DNA of 63,956 nt, the filler included, from Cladosporium halotolerans (Eukaryota), in assembly GCF_011745625.1 (NCBI RefSeq). It is 6 parts of 6 records of this genome, joined end to end, with 100 filler letters (N's around TTAATTAATTAA, not from the genome) between each part and the next. Parts side by side here need not be neighbours in the genome. Positions count along the whole stretch, not along the records: positions 45,515 to 56,217 come from NW_027191592.1; positions 56,318 to 63,956 come from NW_027191625.1; 4 more parts are not named here. The stretch is one strand, 5' to 3'. A model generated the notes under the pieces. It had not been told where the DNA came from and made no database searches. It worked only from the letters and a program-made list of their open reading frames with translations. This document shows, one piece after another, positions 48,306 to 59,600 of the stretch. A program made the position numbers and the translations under genes. The stretch's first letter is position 1; each line of letters opens with the position of its first letter.

Positions 48306-49796
48306 TAGTTGCTGGGTAGAGAATCCGACATTGGCGGCTAGACGATTCGTGTGGTCCGGTGCATACCGCGCACTTCGGACTGTCCGCCTGGCATTCGCTG
48401 CGACGGTGGCCTGGTTCGGCGCACGTGCTGCACACCTGCGGTCTGGTGCACGAGAGCGCCCTGTGGCCAAGCCCCAAACATTTGAAGCACTGCATCGGTC
48501 CGCGTCTGGGCTCGAACATTCGGGTGAATGCCGATTCTCCGTCCACGTTGAAGTACTGGCCGTCCAGGAGCCTCGCTGCGTCGGCGCGCTTCGTCACGTA
48601 CACGACCATAGACCCGTACGCCTTCGGCGAATCCCTGCGGCTGAGCCACGACAGTCTGGCAACTTTTACCTCGTTCTTTGTCTCCATCAATTCCGTCGCG
48701 CCGATCCGCAACTCCCCATTCTCGTCCAGCACCGCCGTCCTGCACGCGTTGTCCACCTTGACGGGGTACCATTGATCGCGCAGCACGCGCGCTCCGCTCG
48801 CCTTCGCCCTCTCGGCCACAGACTTGACCCGAGCCAACTCCCCTTCGTCCCGGCAGGTGATGCGAATACGGTAGCAATTGCGAGGGTCCCTCGTTACCGC
48901 CACACACCGCCACCCACTTCCCCTGTCACCCTTCCTCATGCCTTCCTCGACCTCCTGTGTGATTGTGCTCGCATTCGCCCTGTCCCTCTCCTCCTCTTCC
49001 ACGTTGGACACATCCACAGTGCAGTACAGTGTGTCAGTCAACGTCGACGGGGTCGTCTGGTTAGAGAGCGTCCGCAAGTTATTGGGCTGACTGCCTGGTG
49101 GGGTAAGCGCGATGTCAGCATACGACGGAGTTGGGCTAGATGCTTGAGTGCTCGATGGTTGAATGCTAGATAGCTGCTTTTCGACGATGGCTGTGACCTG
49201 CTCCTGGACGATAGATGTGACCTGTTGCTGGACGATAGAAGTGACTTGCTGCTGAACAATGGTGGTGACCTGCTCTTTCACGATAGTAGTGACGTGCTGC
49301 TTGATGGTGTCGGCTACCTTCTCCTCGACGATGCTCTTGACCTCATGCTGTATCGCACTCTTCACCTCTCGACGCACTACCTCACTCACCTGCTCCTGCA
49401 CAGTTCTCTTGATCTCCTGGCCGACGACATCTACAATCTCGCGTTGTACGGTAGCTTCAAGCTGTTCTGGCACGACATTCCCTACCTCTTTCGATACGGT
49501 CTCTTTCACTTGGCTGATGTCCGGTACGTGTTCGATGGCCTCCTGAACGAGGGCGAAGCGCTCGTCAACAGAATCGCGCACGCCGGCAATGGCCTTCAAA
49601 ACAGTGTCCAGCCGAGACTCTGAAGTTTCGCTGCTCTTTCTAGATGCTTTAAACAGAGCTGTCTCCTTTGCCAATATCCCTCGGTGCAGTTTGCGGTAAT
49701 CAACCTCGGTGCTGAGACGCGTTGTCGGCTTGGACGCGTCAACGCGGGCGACGCGCCCTCGTTCGGGTGCGACGGCGGGCGCACAACGGCAGCCAT
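48298..49796 (-). CDS. LINE ORF1 (gag-like) with three CCHC knuckles; probable frameshift near 49680
   Basis: CFKC..GH...C, CSTC..GH...C and CAVC..H....C; octad-repeat helical region. The only nearby upstream ATG (49796) is in a different frame from the long ORF. Confidence 0.88.
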
Positions 49797-50024
49797 TGTC
49801 AGGTATGCCTAGAAGGCTCAGTATCTACGTGATGAATAGCTTTTTCTTCAGAAGCGGCAGTAGCCGAGCACAGATGGACGCTCGGACCTGGTTGCTCCTG
49901 GAGCAGGACGGTCCGAGCGTTATTGCGGAGTTGTCCGAGTTGACTGCTGTGGAAATTATATGCTCATATCCGTCGACCGGCCCGGAGGTCTAATTTGACC
50001 CACGTCGTCGTTGCATTTGTGTTG

Positions 50025-50226
50025 TTGTAGCCTGCGACACCACGTCCGGTCGCCGCTGAACGACCAAGCCTGAAAAGCTTGCATACTTCATCGTTCACCG
50101 TGCCGAATGCCTGGGAGACGCATCCCCCAGCCAGCACATGTCCCTGCCGAAGCACGGAGAGCCCACACCTTCACGTGGTGTCCAGTGTGAGTAGCTGCAT
50201 ATGCAGTGAAACCAAGTGTGCTACAA
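50025..50226. ncRNA. Candidate structured RNA at the LINE 5' end, containing an HDV-like ribozyme core motif on the + strand
   Basis: Nested inverted repeats GACACCACGT/ACGTGGTGTC, TGAACGA/TCGTTCA, CCGTGC/GCACGG and TTGTAGC/GCTACAA; also ACC-TTCACGT-GGT and CCAA elements. Confidence 0.3.
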
Positions 50227-51481
50227 AAGACCAGATCAGCGACTAGCCCACGTGGCAGTCTCGCAAATCTCATCACCCGACAACCCTCACTATGGACATA
50301 TCCCGACACGGTCGTAGTGACCGCCCAGCCCAGCCGTCGGAAAACTTGTGCACGACACGACAAGACCTGTACGCATCGCGGGCCTGCGGACAACACGACC
50401 TAGATGCCGCTTGTGACGCGGCCGCTGACATCCACTACGCCCACTCGTTATCAATGTTGAGCAAGAGTCGGAAGAAGACACACACGGAACACACAAGAGC
50501 GCGATGAGCCCGCAAGCTCTCGCAGGAAGACCCATACACCGAGTCATGAGATGAAATGAGTCACGTCGGACAAATCACTCAGTACGAGCGCCACATGGGC
50601 TCGACCTACTTGAAGATAATACGACAAGCACAGCAGATGCTACGCGTCAGCGCAAAGCGACAATGAGCTGATTTCACCTTGTACATCAAAGGTGCGCGCA
50701 TAACAAGCAACTCAGTCTTTGGACTTGGTTCAGCTTCGGCATGCAAGCCCAAAGAGAAAGGTAGCATGGACAACACAGAGTTAGCCTCGAGCACCGGAGG
50801 CGTCCGGCCTGCAAAACCCCGAAGATACAGGATTGAGGGAAGGAGCTGGGGATGAGGGTCAGCAGTGGTGACCGCACGCGAGAACTAGTAGGATGGTAGT
50901 GAGCCCAAAAGCCGTGGCGTCTTGGTGAAGGCGGGATGGCGAGCAGGACTCTATGCAAAACACCAACACGAGAGCACATATGGAAGACCGAGAAGTGCCG
51001 GGGATATAGCCCAGGCCTGCCATAAGCTAAGTAGCTTGAGTACAGTACAGTATGATTATATAATAAACAAGAGACTACGTCATAACGGCGTCACGCGTGC
51101 ACGCAGTGTTTTTGTGTACGAAGTGGGGAAAGCTTCTACAATGCTCGATTCATCCCCGCGTCACATCTGCCATGCACCGCTGAAGACGATCACATCGCTC
51201 ACATCAAGAAGCTTTCGACGTGTACGAGTTCTGAGTATCATGCGCATTCAGATCACGTTTATTTCTATGGCTGCAGGAAGGACGACGTAATTTAGCTATT
51301 GCTCAAAGCCGACAACGGGGACCGTAAAGCTTGCATAGCTTCCGGATTGATAAGATGATGTGGGGACACATCGCTGTGCCATGCCCCTCCGGCGAAGCCG
51401 TGCCGACCCGCCACTGTAATCATCGTCATTATTTTCACGTCACCTGTCCGAAGAAGAATTCCACCAGCTCACCGCATCGGA

Positions 51482-52087
51482 ATGCAACACACAATACGTG
51501 TCACCGACGACTCTGTAGAGGTTAGCGTCCAGCGGGACCTCTACACGAATGCCATCGGCTCGTCCACACCAGTTGGTTTCATCGACGACATCATCACCTT
51601 TTCGGAAGATGCAAAGACGCCCGACTGGTACTCTGGGCATGAAGACTGGTACGAGATGCCAGAGAAAGAAGGATTGGACCAAAAAGTCGCGGCGATTGCA
51701 AACATGTGGTTGGAGGTGAGGAGATCAAGGCACAGTGTTGTGTGGGCATCATGTTGATACCTCGGCCAGGACGAAGACAACATCAAGCGAGCCGCAGAAC
51801 ACGTCGGAAGACATGTTGCTCCTGTCGACAGATCACTGCTGAGAGCATCTGGATTCTGTCGGTTCAAAGCCATGTTGGACCAAAGCTCATGGTCTTTGCA
51901 CAGGCGCCCAGGAATAGATCATGAGCAGCAGGTCATGGTGTTCCTGGCCCTTGAAGACCTTGGCCCACACAACGGGTTTCCATTCGAACTGAGTTGTGGT
52001 CAAGATGTCTGTGTGGATGGACATACCAGCCTGCTTACACCGCCCACTGGTGGTGGACGAGCTATCTGCTTCTCGCTTCGCATATAG
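51482..52087 (+). CDS. Two-exon hypothetical protein with a PhyH/2OG-Fe-like beta-strand motif
   Basis: The intron GTGAGG...GCCAG joins WLE|DEDNIK in frame; VFLALEDLGPHNG resembles the PhyH motif W.ALDD.T.ENG. Confidence 0.55.
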
Positions 52088-52371
52088 CGCGCCCGTTTGC
52101 CAATTTTGAATCGCTGGATTCCGGAAGCACGATATACATCCAAGAGCAGAGTCGTGTGAGTACATCCCAACACTTCGATCATTCGCCTCCATAAGGAAGC
52201 TGTCCACTAGCGCTCGGAATCTCAGCGTGACCTCGGCGAGCGTGCCATGGGTTTCCCCTCGTCGCTAACAGATGTGCCTTCCGATACCCCAGCACGTGGC
52301 TCACATGTTCGATCCTTTTCAAGAATCAGACCGGTCCTAATACGGCAGAGAGTCACTATCCAGCTTTGAAC

Positions 52372-53252
52372 TTACGACTTGCGCTTCCCGAGTATCTGGT
52401 ACACCAGTGACGGAACGAAAATGGGCGTCCATCCAGACCTACCCACTGGTGTGGCTGTGAAGTCCTTCAGACACAATTGCGACTTCAAGTATTCGAGGCT
52501 CTTCACTGGTGAGCAAGAAAGGCTGAAGTAGTAAGAAGGTGCCCGATTCCCTGGAAGATGTGAGCGAGTGTAGAATGAGGAAGACCGGAAGACCCACAAA
52601 GTAGCAGTAGCTCGGCCGCCCGTTGTCCCCAATCGTGGATGTCGAGGAAATCGATGAGTTGGTTCAGGTATTTGGCAGACGCCAAAGTGCGTTTGCAGTA
52701 CTGGTCGGTTGACTTGTTTCCGACGCAGATGCGGACAATTTCGTACACCTTTGCAGCTGGCGTATCTCCCTCCACCAACACAGCGCACGCCGAGATGACC
52801 AAGAACTTCTGGAAGTTGGCCAGGGCGAGAGCGGTTGATGCAGATGACAATCTCATCGAAGTCGTACGTGCATACATCCTTAAGGAAGCGGTTGTTTCAT
52901 CATCCGTTTCGTCGATGACACCCACTTCTGCCGTGGAGATTCGAGCGGAGAGTCGAGACTCAAATTTGGTATCAAGCAAGCAGGTGATCGCATCGCCACT
53001 CTTCAAGAGCTTGTCAATGCCGTGCTCTTCAAGAGACGACGTCCAGCCCTGCGACATTGGTGTTTGTCTGACCAGTTGCTTTGCGCATGTCATCCAGTAA
53101 GGGTCGCAACTGCGTTTTCTCTTTGTAATCCTAGAATCTTCCTCGTGCAAGGTCTGCCGCGCGGCACGCAGTTCTCGCTCAAGATATGATACGTACTCTT
53201 CATTAGTTCCGATGAATTCATCCAGTCGCTTGGCCATGATGCGCTTGGGCAT
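52372..53252 (-). CDS. Multi-exon hypothetical protein with an N-terminal EFIG...YVSYLE coiled coil; a further 3' exon is likely
   Basis: 249-aa first ORF; the intron GTGGGT...TTCCAG leads to NRAPSYYF...KRKS and then a GTAAGT donor. Confidence 0.65.
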
Positions 53253-53448
53253 GTGTTGGAAGCGGTGTATCGTCGTGACGTTGGAAAGGGAGAAAATCTA
53301 CCCAACGCGAAAGGAGACCATTGATATTCGTGTTCTTTGGAGACGCCGATCAAACATGGTCACGAGCATGTCTGCATCAACGACCTCCCCATATGGCTGT
53401 TCAGCGCACGAGAGCGTGGCTGCCTGGCCAGTCATCCTGTAGGAGCAA

Positions 53449-53472
53449 GGGTGTGCGAAATTTTGCACACCC
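53449..53472. promoter_or_regulatory. 24-bp near-perfect palindrome between divergent genes
   Basis: GGGTGTGCGAAA|TTTTGCACACCC, with one mismatch. Confidence 0.5.
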
Positions 53473-53805
53473 CTGCACATCGCATGCATGGTATTCGCTA
53501 ACTAAGCGCCGACGGAATGATATGCACGCTGGACTCTTATCTGAGAACGGCCATGCGCCGTAATTCGTCCGGCGCCTAGGTGGTGGCGCTTGCAGAGTAT
53601 ACATGTACGTTCATGTTTCAACCTGGTGGGGCTACCCGAGAAGACATCCTGGTCGCTTTCAAGATAAAAGGCGACCTGGAGTCCGATGCAAGAAGACTTC
53701 TTTCACATTCATTTCACAAAAGTCTTGCGGACAACTTAGTACCGCGAACAGAGACTTAAGTCAATATTGCGCCTTGCAGCTCTCCATTACAATACTCCCG
53801 AAACA

Positions 53806-54012
53806 ATGGCCGACTCTGGATTTTCCCACACCCACAAACAAGAATGGAAAACAAACTACGCCAAATGCAAAGCGAACCCCAAGCACGACATACCGGGGTC
53901 CGTTGGACCGACAGTCTGCCCGCAAGGCGCAAGCTGCAAGAAGCCGGCCGTTGAAGTCTTGCAGCAATCGATGAACCGACGCCACAATTGTCCCCGATGC
54001 CAATACGATTAA
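53806..54012 (+). CDS. 68-aa Cys/His-rich micro-protein
   Basis: ACAATGG start context; H.H...C....H...C....C...H.CPRC. Confidence 0.4.
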   Translation: MADSGFSHTHKQEWKTNYAKCKANPKHDIPGSVGPTVCPQGASCKKPAVEVLQQSMNRRHNCPRCQYD

Positions 54013-54380
54013 CGGTTCGTGCATCGCAAAACTCGCGACTCAGCTAGTAGAGGTCACACTGACAATGCAAGAATAGATCATGCGCACGGAAAAGATGAGA
54101 AAGTGCTGCAGCTAGACGGCAATATTCCTGAGAGGATGGCGGAGTTTGCAGACGATGGGTAGCGATCTCGGGGGTCGGGTTGTTTCGCTTGTTGCCGATC
54201 CTTGTGTCAAGGGTCTGGGGCCGCTGATCTAGGGTTTAGCGGGGCCCGAAGTGGGATCGGGCCGGGCGCCCCAGCAGGATATTTGTACAAAGCAACGTTG
54301 AAAAATGATCTCTCCTCTGTTCATCCCGTTGTCTGTGGGGTCAACTTGCCCGACATACGTCTTCCATATTTTACACGCAA

Positions 54381-55229
54381 ATGGCTACGACCACGGATCC
54401 GATTCTGCAAGGCTTTGCCAATCACGTCTCATTCTGGAAGCCCGAGGGTGTAAAAGATTATCTTGCAACTTCGGCATGTTTTTTTGTCGGACTCATGGAC
54501 GATGGTCAAACCGTGCTGAAATACCCGCACGTTCAGACAAAGGATTCGATGTCATGCCTGCGTGAGGAGGCCGATCGTTACTCTCGTCTCGGTGTCCATG
54601 AAAATCTGGTAACATACAAAGGCCTCAATGAAGATGGGCTGCTCCTCGAGTATTGCGAAGGGGGAGTATTGAAAGATCTGATTGAAGGCCCGTTCGTCTT
54701 GACGGATAGCCACAAGTCACTCATCAGTACCCAGATCGTCCGTTGTCTGGCTTTTTTCCACCGAAGGAATTACATCCACTGCGACATTCACGTTCGCAAC
54801 ATCTTCCTAACCTCCAAATTGTTCGCGAAGGTCGGGGATCTCCAAGGGCAGTTATACCGAGACGATGGCAGCGTCGAGATGGAGGCCATGTCTCAGGAGG
54901 ATGCGAAATCACGTCATCCAGATGCGGGCAACGACGAATTTACGCCGCGAACGGATATCTTTGCCTTTGGGACACTGCTGTACCATCTACATCATGGACA
55001 TCCACCTTTTCCGGAGCTAAACGCACATGATCATAGCGAGTTGATACAAGCAAGATTTCGTGAGAGACGATACCCGACCAATCTGAGTCAGGAATCGACA
55101 ATCGATATCATCATTGGCAAGTGCTGGGACTCGGAGTATAAAAGAGCGGATGAGATTCTTGACGACTTTCTTGCTCTGGGCATCAAGGAGATGCCATCAA
55201 CGAACCTTACCCATTTGAGTGTTGATTAA
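54381..55229 (+). CDS. Intronless atypical protein kinase, 282 aa
   Basis: VLK, E of helix C, HCDIHVRN, DLQG in place of DFG, TDIFAFG and KCW; the Gly-rich loop is degenerate. Confidence 0.88.
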   Translation: MATTTDPILQGFANHVSFWKPEGVKDYLATSACFFVGLMDDGQTVLKYPHVQTKDSMSCLREEADRYSRLGVHENLVTYKGLNEDGLLLEYCEGGVLKDLIEGPFVLTDSHKSLISTQIVRCLAFFHRRNYIHCDIHVRNIFLTSKLFAKVGDLQGQLYRDDGSVEMEAMSQEDAKSRHPDAGNDEFTPRTDIFAFGTLLYHLHHGHPPFPELNAHDHSELIQARFRERRYPTNLSQESTIDIIIGKCWDSEYKRADEILDDFLALGIKEMPSTNLTHLSVD

Positions 55230-56116
55230 CGTTGGATCACCTTCTAGAAGAACGTCTTTCGTGCCGACTCCATCGTCTGTCCATTTCGTAGCCAGCGCTC
55301 GTTGGACCTTACATCCGCGTACAAAATAATTTAGTAACTGTGATGCATACTTCCTACTATTGACAAGAAAGTCATCGTCCGAGAAATTGAATCGCATCAT
55401 AAGGGTGTAGCGTCGCCGCTGTACTTTGGCCTTGTCACCCTAACAGCACATCTTGATGATCTCGTGCTGACGATTTGCGTCATTCTTCGTCCATGCTTTA
55501 CAGTAGTACTCGAAACAAGATACATTCGCACTCAATCCTGGTTCTCTGGGGGCATGGTAGCGTGTGCACTGCAGCGCAAATATAAAACTCTGTACACCAC
55601 ACGCGCAACAAAGGCACTGAGTCAGCGTTCGAACCACGAACCTCAACTCGAGTTGTGTTTCGCAACAGCAGAAAAGGGTCCGCTTTTGGCAGATATTCAT
55701 CCAAGTAAGTTCCATGCTAGTGTTTGCAATCAGCTCATCTCCTTATTGGATCTGCTTGGCGCAAACATTAGACCACAGCCATGATCCTGTATGATCGTCA
55801 GAGAGTCGCCGGGAGTCTCCTTGACGACCTGATTATGTATGTCAGTGCTTTCTAGTAACGAGACCACTTTAGTATATACGGACACTTATAGATCATTAGC
55901 ATTGACAGCAATAATCAAATTTCGAAATCCGAAGATCGACTTGAGGCTATATGAGCGGTATCGAAACAAATCTTATGATAAACGAACTGGCAGGCATATC
56001 CTGAAAATGTCAGCGAGAGTTTCCAATTCCTGGCTCCGCCTGCTTGACGAGGCATGGACAGCGTTGGACGCACATGCGCGGCGAACCCTCAGCGCTCTGG
56101 TTCGAATGTCACAGTA

Positions 56117-56217
56117 ACGGGTGTTCATCAGACAGACACAGACAGACTGTCTGTCTGTCTGATCACGTAATCAGACAAACAGACATTGGCAAAGTCATTA
56201 TATAAGCAGACCAGACA
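56117..56217 (+). mobile_element. hAT terminus of the CAGAC-repeat family (probably the left end)
   Basis: GGGTGTTCATCAGACAGACA is the inverted complement of the termini at 331 and 11693; the subterminal arrangement differs. Confidence 0.75.
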
Positions 56218-56317
56218 NNNNNNNNNNNNNNNNNNNNNNNNNNNNNNNNNNNNNNNNNNNNTTAATTAATTAANNNNNNNNNNNNNNNNNNNNNNNNNNN
56301 NNNNNNNNNNNNNNNNN
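56218..56317. other. Artificial contig linker
   Basis: N44-TTAATTAATTAA-N44. Confidence 0.97.
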
Positions 56318-56600
56318 AAAGCCAGAGTTCCAGCGCGTATCTCTGGCGGACGGCTGCGGGCCGTGGTCTGCGATCCCTCACTGAGCGCAAGCTCGCTTCT
56401 TTTCGTGATCGGTGCTGTTCTTGAACAGCATGTACATACATAATCCTCCACCAAAAATGTATCAAGCATAGCCAAGCGGCTTGAGAACTCATGTGCTTGC
56501 TTGCTTGATCATGATCCTTTGGCTTGCTTGCTTGCTTGCTGCTCAAAATAGCCAAGCGCAAGCAAGCCGCTCGTACTGGACTTGCTTGTGGACACCACTG
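56318..56600. mobile_element. hAT-like terminus (GCTT/AAGC repeats) inserted in the KS domain of PKS copy F
   Basis: Ends ...GCTTGTGGACACCACTG (rc CAGTGGTGTCC). Identity to PKS copy A begins exactly at 56601. Confidence 0.75.
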
Positions 56601-59600
56601 GCACAGACTCGGGATCCCCAACAGCGCATTGTGCTCGAAGTCGCTTATGGGGCTTTGGAAGATGGTGGACAATTTGGAGCTTCGCTGCCGTCGCGGGACC
56701 GAGATTTTGGTTGCTACATTGGGGCAGTCATGAACAACTACTACGATACTGTCGCGTGCCACAAGGCATCCGCGTACGCCACGAAAGGGACCTCAAGGTG
56801 CTACATCAGTGGCGCAGTGAGCCACTTCTTTGGCTGGACTGGCCCTGCGATCACCCTGGACACTGCCTGCTCCTTGTCGATGGTAGCGGTCCACGCGGCG
56901 TGCAAGGCGATCATCGCGGGAGAATGCAGCCGCGCCATCGCAGGTGGCACCAATGTGATCACCAGCCCACACGATTACCGGAATCTGGCCGCCGCCGGCT
57001 TCTTGAGTCCCACTGGTCAGTGCAAGCCATTCGACAGTGACGCAGACGGGTACTGCCGGGCGGAAGGGGTTGGCGTTGTGGTGCTCAAGTCGCTCGCGAC
57101 AGCCATCGAGGAAAACGACCGAGTGCTTGGCGTGATTGTAGGTTCCGCGGTCAGCCAAAGCGGGAACGTGTGTCACATTGCCGTTCCAGACACGAGGGCT
57201 CAGGTACTCCTTCATCGAAAAGCACTGAGTATCGCGAACCTTTCGCCGGAGGAAGTATCCTATGTCGAAGCGCACGGAACGGACACGAAGGTGGGAGATC
57301 CCATCGAGATGGCGGGCTTGGGCGAAGTATACTGTAGCTCGCCGCGTACGTCGCCACTGCTCGTGTCGTCGATGAAAGGGAACATCGGGCATACCGAAGC
57401 GACTGCAGGCGTGGCGGGACTCATCAAGGTCCTGTTGATGATGAATCGTCGCAAGATCCCTCCGCAGGCCAGCCACAAGCGACTGAGTCCGCGCATACCG
57501 GCCCTACATCCAGACATTGTGGCGATATCCCGTCACCTTGCCCCCTGGCCTGGCACAGCGCGTGCAGCTTGTGTCGCGAGCTACGGTGCAGCCGGGAGTA
57601 ATGCCGCAATCTTAGTGCGAGAAATGTCGACTCGCCATGCCAGCGGCGAAAGGGAGGGAACAGCGCGACCGAAAATTCAAGGCGAACAACCTCTTTTCGT
57701 GTCCGCAGCAACCAGGGACATACTCTCTCTACGCTGTTCCGAGATCCTACTCTGGCTCAGGAAGCAAAAGGATGATCGGAGTCAAAGCTTGGAGCTGTCG
57801 GATGTGCTTTTCAACATATCGATCAGGGCAAATCACGCCCTGCCTTACACTTTCTGTACGACTGTCTCGAGTATGGACGTCTTGGAGCTGAAGCTTGCGG
57901 AAGTGGCGAAAGAAAGCATGGTGTTACGCAAAGTTGGTTCAGCGAAACCAGCCATATTGGTTTTGGGAGGCCAGGAGAGGAAATACGTTGGGCTCTCACG
58001 GCAGTGCTACCAGGAGTGGCAAAGTCTCCGACGCAACCTCGATCAATGTCGCGAGAGCCTGATCGACATGGGCCATGGCGGACTTTACCCAGACATTTTC
58101 AAACCGCGCCGCTCGCCGACCTAAAGACATTCCACGCCGCACTTTTCGCCTCGCAATACTCCTCTGCAAAGGCGTGGATCGATTCGGGCCTCAAAGTAGA
58201 CGCGGTGGTGGGCCACAGCTTTGGTCAGCTGGCTGCGCTCTGCATATGTGGGGTGCTGTCCTTGGCTGACGGACTTACGCTGGTGACCGGAAGAGCCTCC
58301 TTGATCGAGAAGCACTGGGGCTCGGAGCGTGGTGCAATGCTCTCACTGAGCGCCCCCACGCGCGTGATCGACCGAATGCTGGAGGTGCTGGAAGCCAAGA
58401 TTGATTACGCTCAGGTTGCATGCTACAACGGACCGGAGAGCCATGTCGTTGTAGGCTCAGAGCATGCCATCAGAGTCCTCGAAAGACATATCGACAGTCG
58501 ATCAGACCTCCGAGGGTCCGTTGTGGCGCAGAGGCTGGACGTAACTCATGGCTTCCACTCGGTATATACAGAAGCTGTCCAGCCAGCACTGGAAAGGCTG
58601 GCCAGTAAGCTTGAGTGGAACGCCCCCACGATTCATCTCGAGACCTGCGATAAAGAGGCCTCCTGCGCTGTCTTCAATCACAGCTTCGTGGCCCATCACA
58701 TGAGAAGACCTGTGCACTTCCAGCAAGCAGTGGAAAGGCTGTCGCTGAGGTATCCTGAGTCTTGCTGGATCTCGGCGGGTCACGCCGCGTCTTTTTTGCG
58801 CCTTGCTCAAAAGTCGCTCCGTGGAAGAGGCCATCACTCGTTCATATGCCTTGACAAGGTCTTTTCCGAAGCCAGCGGTTCCCTGGCGAGAGCAATAGTT
58901 GAGCTGTGGAACGAAGGTCAACCTGTGCAGTATGAGCCTTTCGAGCGCAATCAACAGCATCGATACCGGCCTACCCTTTCGCCCGCGGGCGACATTGGCT
59001 TCCTTTTACCAATCCCACCACGAGCCAGGCTTCTGCCATTGCCCCCGCCTCCCAACACCCCCAAGATGAAGATAATTTCTTGTCTTTGGTCGGTGGAGAT
59101 GCGCAAGGAGGTGCGGAGTTCTTCATACCTGCCGCACATCCACGATTACAGTTGTTGTGCAACGGACATGTGATGTCGGGAGAAGCGCTGGCGCCGGCCT
59201 CGTTCTACCTCGAAGTAGCTGCTCGGGCAGTGCTGAAGCTGAGATGCGACATTCAAAGTGGTCAATTGGGTCTTCGTGTGGAGAAATTGTCCATGAATGC
59301 GCCCGTGGGCAATGATCCGAGGAATATCATCCGACTGCGTCTGGAGCAGCACGAGGGTTCGCGAGACTCTTGGCTTTTTTCACTGACAATAAAAAAGTCG
59401 CCACGTGCGGACACTGACGATATCAATCCTCAAAGTCGGGTAGTGGGAGTCGTTTCTCTCCGATCCCGAGATCAGACGAACGCAGTAGCGGGATTCAAGG
59501 ACTTCAGAATTTCGGACGTTCGTCGTCGATACCAAGGGATTGTCGATGACGAGTCGGCCGAGCGTATGCAGGGCAACCACGTCTATCGAGCTTTCGACTC

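Larger units (their letters stand above)
46489..50226 (-). mobile_element. Tad1-like LINE with an internal deletion of about 2.3 kb (RT core, RNase H and Zn finger lost); 5' boundary approximate
   Basis: ORF1 and the APE endonuclease are present. At 46782 the KIVPLKK codons join directly to the conserved 3' UTR. It has an (ATTC)n tail and is homologous to the LINE at 18322-21420. Confidence 0.9.

Noticed and set aside
48019..49623. Long + strand ORFs opposite LINE ORF1, and similar ORFs antisense to the PKS copies
   Set aside because: These are shadow frames of GC-rich coding sequence with no motifs.
50540..51090. Possible solo LTR ending near AATAAAC...CATAACG
   Set aside because: The termini are not TG...CA and there is no TSD.
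55197..56117. Starship captain (DUF3435 tyrosine recombinase) fragments
   Set aside because: Short ORFs with no recognisable recombinase motifs.
11495..56317. Periodic TTAATTAATTAA motif about every 11 kb
   Set aside because: It is a six-frame-stop linker flanked by exactly 44 N on each side, so it is an assembly construct.
56481..56600. Signal-peptide-like N-terminus on PKS copy F
   Set aside because: It is translation of GCTT subterminal transposon repeats, not a secretion signal.
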